From positions 1-33,170 of the forward strand of contig LWCA01000307.1 in NCBI GenBank assembly GCA_001642005.1: DNA of 33,170 nucleotides, in the 5' to 3' direction. Origin of the DNA: Intoshia linei (taxonomy: Eukaryota > Animalia > Orthonectida). This document shows positions 27,612 through 33,170 of this stretch, in pieces (position 1 is the stretch's first letter; the number at the start of each line of letters is the position of its first letter). Below the pieces are notes generated by a model that made no database searches, had not been told where the DNA came from, and saw only the letters and a program-made list of their open reading frames with translations. A program made the position numbers and the translations under genes.

Positions 27612-28197
27612 TTCACAATAGTAAATTAAATATTTATTAACTTTATTGTTAAAGCATTTTTCATAAAGTTGTTTGCTGTTTTTCCTTACATGTATTAGAT
27701 TAATCGATATTTTTACTGATGTATCAACATTAAATGAGATAAACACATAATGAGCACAAACGTGCTATAGTATGTTAAAGTTAACTTAAATAGCATAATA
27801 TTATACAGAAATATTGTAGCAATCACGATTTAATTCCATTGAGCAATGATGAAATAAATAATAACATTGGAAGGTCCCCTGGATACACTTGAATTATCCA
27901 TTTTTTTTAAATTTTTCATCTCAACTAGGATATCCAAACTGTTTAAATTTTTTGAAAACGGTAAAGGTGTCTCACTGCAAAATAAAAATGGAATTCAAAA
28001 ATATTGGCAACCAGTAAGCTACTAACTAATAAAGCCAGAATCATAGCGATAAAATATATAAACATGTTCAATTTGAACCTCAAATGATTCACTATTTCCA
28101 AGTAAATGTTTCTATGATAAATATATAGTAACCTAATTGCACTATTAGTCTTATCAAGCAGTTGTAAATTTGAAAAATTGTTTATAATAAAATTTTG

Positions 28198-29208
28198 ATG
28201 ACATTTTCTCGTTCACGTTCTAGGAGTAAAACAACATCTCGAGACGGAAAAAAGTACAGAAGCAGCAAACGTAGATCACACAGATCAAGGTATTTTCTAT
28301 AAAATAATAAGGTAATTGATAAATTAGAGAACGTTATAGATCACGTGATAATCATAAACAGGAAGTTTCCAGAAAATCAAAATTGGCACTATACGAAGTG
28401 GAGTAATTTGATGAGTTATTACATTTATATTGTAAATCTAGAAAACGTGCAGAATTGGAAGTAACCTGTGAACTAAACAAAATAATTGAAAAACGAATTC
28501 AAGAGAGAGTTGAAGAAGAGCTTGTTAAACGCAAGGATGAAATAGAAGAACGTATTAAAACCGAAGTAGATAAGCGAATTTCCGAATTGGAAAAACAACG
28601 ACTTGATAAATACCAAACTGAGCAAATGGAGAAATTGAAACAACGAGAAAAGATTAAGGTTAATCTCGCTTTGCATAATCTGAAACCAATAAGTCTATGC
28701 ATTTTTATTAGAACTAGGATAGTTTTAAGTTGGATACTATATTATTTGTTTAAATAGTTGTTTTTACTGTAAAACTCAGATACTCTGAGTAATTTTGGTC
28801 AGGAACAAAACAGAACGGACGAACCTATCATCAGAAATGTCAGTAAATTCTGGTATATTTTGTTGATTCTCTCAACACTTTTCCACGTTTAATTCCATTC
28901 CCCTTCGTAACTAACTTTTTATTTTAGCTGAAAGAAATTGAACAAAGGATTAATGTTGATAGTATCATGGAAGAAAACAATCGAAAAGTTGAAGAAGCTC
29001 AAAAAAAATTCGTACTTTTTTCGTAATTGAAATTTTTATTCCTTAATAGGTTGAAGACCAGATGAAAATTCTTGTTGAAGAACGAAAAATTCTCGAACAA
29101 AAAAACAGAATGGAAAATAATATCGCTAAATCCCAAAAAAAAGCCCAAGATCTGATCCTCAATAAAAAACGTACCAGACCCCGGTTAGCTTTTCAACTTT
29201 CTAAATAA
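28198..29208 (+). CDS. ARGLU1: Arginine and glutamate-rich protein 1; 5 exons
   Basis: RS-rich N-terminus SRSRSRSK..RRSHRSR; IEKRIQERVEEELVKRKDEIEERI; IMEENNRKVEEAQKK; C-terminus QDLILNKKRTRPRLAFQL*. Introns near 28290-28327, 28403-28441, 28659-28927 and 29012-29049. Confidence 0.92.
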
Positions 29209-29351
29209 TATTGGAATCATTATTCACCATATTGTTTATTAAGCAATGCCAATCTAACCATATGTAAATAAAATTAAAATTTTGAAATTATTCCTATCGT
29301 TTGTTTCACATTTATCATTTTTACATGCAATCTATAGTTTAAAGTTTAAAC

Positions 29352-29543
29352 TTAAGGTTTATTCAATTTTTTTAAAGATTCATTTGTAAAAATTTGTTTA
29401 CTCGGTTCTTGCAAATGTCTTCCACTTCTTAAATGATATGGATTCTTTGAAAGTTTATTGTAAATTCCGTGAGGGATTATGGGAGGTGGTTGAGATCGAT
29501 CGGCTATATCGCTTTCGAATCTTTCATGTTCTTTGACATTTCT
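29352..29543 (-). CDS. NDUFA7: 3' exon of NADH dehydrogenase 1 alpha subcomplex subunit 7 (B14.5a); 5' exon not located
   Basis: After a TTTTAG acceptor it reads RNVKEHERFESDIADRSQPPPIIPHGIYNKLSKNPYHLRSGRHLQEPSKQIF..*, matching the family motif RF..I..R.QPPP..P.G...KLS.N.Y..R.GR. Missed by the ORF track. Confidence 0.85.
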   Translation of the reverse strand, partial: RNVKEHERFESDIADRSQPPPIIPHGIYNKLSKNPYHLRSGRHLQEPSKQIFTNESLKKLNKP

Positions 29544-29828
29544 CTAAAATATTAATTTTCAAATATAACATGGCAGATTTCATAAACTGGGTCATAAACT
29601 TATTTTTGAATTTGAAAATAAATTTTGATGGTAATGGAGAAATAACCTGAAATCTTTCCGAGTCTACTGGAAAATCGGTTCAACTTATATTATATTGGTT
29701 AATCTTAATTTCAATGTTAACAAGATACTCCTAATCATTGATATACTGACATTTTAATAATTAAGTCTTAATTAGTGAATAATTTATTATATTTCTTGAA
29801 GAACATTATTATACTCTCAGTGTTAATA

Positions 29829-31244
29829 TACTCCCTCGCAGCAATTTTGCAATTATTAGAAACTAGTCTCAATAATACTCTAAGTGTCTGAATTTTTTAT
29901 GTATTAATTAGCAAAGCAAGATCTATCGTAGGCTAAAAAAAATAAAAAATTGGCCGAATTAATTCGTAGAAATTGACCTTTTTCATTTATATGCAGATAT
30001 GAAAGTCTCAACAATTTTGCAAAACAATAAATATAATTATTTATTGATATATTGTATTCTATACATCTATCAAATTTCCATAATTCATAATAACCTCGTA
30101 CATTTTTGAATTAAATGATTTATATAGATGATTATAATCATGTCTTTTTCCTTTAAAATTATTTTCTGCCATATATGAATTTTCGCATTAAATTGTGAAC
30201 CATCATATAGCTGATTCTTCATAATTGACCATAGATTTTCTATTTGGGATATATCAGGAGAATAAGGAGGCTAACCTAATAATTGTATTGATTCAGCAGC
30301 AAGCATTTCCCTTGTTTTTTTGATCACATGAGGTCTAGCATTATCTTGTTTAAAGACAAAGCCAGGAACTATGTTACTTAATTAAATAAATACATCTTCA
30401 AATAAAATTTTTTATAAGAATCGCTATTAACAGTATGGTTCAATTTCCTAATCATAACTTTCTCGCAAGATGTTAAACAACCCCGAATCATAATAAATCC
30501 ACCTGAAAATGCTCTTTTTCGGAGTTTTAATGATTTCCACATGAGATTATCACTTCCATCCAAAGCAAATCTACATTCATCCGAAAATACAATTTTATCG
30601 ATATCCAGCCTATTAAAAAAGGTTGCGTTTAAAATTTAGGCGGCCATTCTTTTGTGCATCAATGAATGTCAGTTTTTCCAATGAACATCGATACTTCAAA
30701 CCGTTATCATTAAGGGCCCGTCAAATAGTTGCTCTTGAAGGAGCACATCGCATACGGGCAGAATCGGATGTGGATGTAACAACCCTTCCAGTTTTGTGCA
30801 CCCCATCAGCAGACTTTTTAATTGCTTTTTGAACTCTTTTTTTAAAGTTGTAATTCGCTTCAATTTGATTAATATTTATTCATTTGAAATGTTATAAATT
30901 GTTATAAGAAAAACATTGCTGGTTTTTGCAATATTTACCTTTTCTATACCATCCTTCAAATCTTTCTCTATTAATTTTGTAGTATTATTTGACAGTGTCA
31001 TTTACGATAACGATAAAAACAATTATTTGTCAGAAAATCCGAGTTTATTATGTTTTCGATAGTTTTGCAAAATTGGTGAGACGTCCAAAGTAACAAAATA
31101 ATTAAAAACTTCAATTTCTACGTCTTTTTTCAGATTTGTTTACCAATGAAAGATTTTACCAAATCGTTTAATATATAAAAAATTGAAAAACAGAATGTAG
31201 TTTAGATTGATTTATATCAATTGCAAAATTGCTGCGAGAGAGTA
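29829..31244 (-). mobile_element. Decayed Tc1-type (DD34E) transposon with long IR/DR terminal repeats
   Basis: TA-flanked ends TACTC(C/T)CTCGCAGCAATTTTGCAATT on both sides. Inner repeats GTCTCA(A/C)CAATTTTGCAAAAC at ~30005 and ~31062-31082. The minus strand reads VFSDECRFALDGSD and FKQDNARPH..G*PPYSPDISQIENLW, with 34 residues between D and E, stops and frameshifts. Confidence 0.92.
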
Positions 31245-31632
31245 TATTATACGCATTCAAATCCAAATATTGGAAAACTGGCAAGATCAAAACAAAAAAA
31301 TTAATATAGTTTATATTTCTATACGTGTAAATTCTATTAGTAGCCCGATTTTCATAAAAATTTTTGGCGCATCTGAAATCGCATGATAAAAGTGTGGCGC
31401 ATGGTATGTAAAAGGTTGGCTACCCTTAACTTGAATGATCTATCATCATGATTTAACTTGGAAGTTGTTAAATATTCTCTAAAATTTAGTGCTTCTTAAA
31501 AGGGTCCACCGCTAAAGTAATGTAGATTAAAAAATTAAATTAATATTACACAATTAGAAAAAACCACCAAATCTAATTTTATCAAGAATTAAGGTAAAAA
31601 TATACTTTTTTACTAAACCTTACCAACCTTAA

Positions 31633-31845
31633 TCCTTTCACTGTCTAATGCAATGATATGTACTACCACCACACGTCTAGAATTAATGTTTAAATTTAAA
31701 CTTGTATTATTTTTAAATTACCTATGTGAAAATGTATAAAAATAAAATAAAGTTTTTCAAAATTATGCTGTATATATCATAGAATACACAGATGTGTAAA
31801 GTGAAATTGCTGTGTATAGTATAGAATACACAGACAGTGATAGGG
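31633..31845. mobile_element. piggyBac-type MITE (213 bp)
   Basis: TTAA on both flanks (31629-31632, 31846-31849). TIRs TCCTTTCACTGTCT versus CCCTATCACTGTCT (12/14). Confidence 0.82.
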
Positions 31846-31927
31846 TTAAAGAAGAAATCCACTTTTTCTTATTTTTTTTGAAAATATGATTAATATTGAC
31901 ATTAAAATTCATAATTAAAGTATATAA

Positions 31928-32376
31928 TAGGGGTAGGCAACCTTTTGCGTCTCGTGAGCAAATTTTTTATAAAAAAATTCTACGGGCCCAGTTTTTTAAA
32001 ATTTACACATAATATATTTTAATTTTAACTAAAGAGAAACGGTTCTAGTATACTCATCAAAACAATAACTAGGGCGATCTAAAAATTCAGCGTTAAAATG
32101 AGCCAATTATGGTAGAAAAGTTGAAAAATAAATAATTTACATATTTGCTAAATTAGCCACAACAATTATTCTGTGGGCCACTAGTATATAACATGATGAA
32201 AACAATATTTCCATATAAATATTCTAGGGGTCCATGATAAATAATTTTTGAATTTTGGGATCTATGACGTTTATTAATTTGAGAAGCACTGCTCTAAATC
32301 AATGCTTTCAGATTTGTGGTGAATATAGTGAAATTGGGTCCACAAACTCTTTCAATCGGGAACCAGTGCTCTAAAT
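31928..32376. mobile_element. Cluster of hAT-type MITE termini
   Basis: Left end TAGGGGTAGGCAACC (31928). Right-end-like TTTGAGAAGCACTG (~32278-32292) and GGGAACCAGTG (~32358-32368), both followed by CTCTAAAT. A related orphan end GGTTGGCTACCCTTA lies at 31414-31428. Confidence 0.45.
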
Positions 32377-32381
32377 GGTAT

Positions 32382-33170
32382 ATGTCGATAAATGATAAAA
32401 TAAAATTGATTAAACTGTTTGACGAATATTCAAATCGGTCTCAAGAATATTTAGCCACCAAACACTCAATTTCAGTAGGTTTGGTAAATAAATCGTTAAA
32501 AATCGTGAAGAAATGCTTAATTGTAATAATTTAAATTTGAATCAGAAAAGACAACCTTGCCTAAGGAAATCTATGAAAATTGAATCAGTGTTGTATATAT
32601 GGTTTCAACGTCACGGACATTAAATAAAGTATAAGTGGCAATATATTGAAAGAAAAGGCACTAGAAATTGCCAGTCTTTTGAATTTGAACGATTTTAAAG
32701 TTTCTACTGGTTGTTTAAATTTTTTTAACCAGAAATTCCATTAAATCAAAAAAAATTGTAGGAGAATCAAAATTAGTAAGCGAGTCTAAAATAAAAGAAT
32801 GGAAAGAATTATTTTCTGAAGTTGTAGAAAAATAAAGAAATGATGACATATTTAATTAGTGCGACCATATTTAATTCGTACTCAATTCGTACTATTTTTT
32901 GTTATTAGTAAATTTATAAAGAACATTGGATGAAAATTATATCGATTTTTTGGCATTGTCGGTTCAAAATATAAAAAATTTCATCTTCATATTAAACTTT
33001 ATTCGATATAATTCAATGAAGAATGTTATTGTTATTTGTCACGTTTTAATTAGTACGAAATCATGTTATTTTCATTTCGTACTTATGATCGCACTAATTT
33101 AACTGTGATAAAACCAGATCTTATAAAAAAAGAAAAAATTGAAAATAGCAACAAAATTACAAACTATTTT
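32382..33170 (+). pseudogene. Decayed Tigger/pogo (CENP-B-like) transposase
   Basis: MSINDKIKLIK..SQEYLATKHSISVGLVNK (N-terminal HTH); IESVLYIWFQ..SGNILKEKALEIA..DFKVSTG; IKSKKIVGES; DIFN/CDKT (first catalytic motif IFNxDET). Several stops and frameshifts. Confidence 0.88.
32857..33096. mobile_element. 240-bp TIR MITE nested in the Tigger relic
   Basis: TIRs TAGTGCGACCATA versus TAGTGCGATCATA (12/13). Flanks ATTTAAT/ATTTAAC(T). Removing it restores the D-I-F-N-C-D reading. Confidence 0.85.

Noticed and set aside
28473-28702. Two minus-strand ORFs
   Set aside because: Antisense shadows of the ARGLU1 coiled-coil exon.

Overview
Very AT-rich, gene-dense animal genomic DNA. Most introns are tiny (about 32-50 nt, GT-AG) and a few are inflated by transposons. 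The pattern fits a compact-genome invertebrate, for example an orthonectid such as Intoshia; this is inference and is not verified. The ORF track only shows exon fragments. Manual splicing gives ten host genes: RTF1 (+), an intronless C2H2 zinc-finger gene (+), NSUN5 (-), an RBM41/RNPC3-like RRM gene (+), two paralogous LAMP-like type I membrane protein genes arranged tail-to-tail (+/-), plastin/fimbrin (+), COX4 (-), ARGLU1 (+) and the 3' exon of NDUFA7 (-). Intergenic DNA and long introns hold many decayed or nested elements: Ty3/Gypsy fragments, a non-autonomous Helitron family (at least 5 copies), hAT-type elements and MITEs, an IR/DR Tc1, a piggyBac MITE, a Tigger/pogo relic and a foldback palindrome. 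The three most interesting signals are: the inverted LAMP-like paralog pair, whose stop codons lie 2 bp apart and whose sorting tails differ; a 269-nt ARGLU1 intron with no TE hallmarks, at the position of the known autoregulatory ultraconserved intron; and an intact RBM41-like minor-spliceosome factor in a micro-intron genome.
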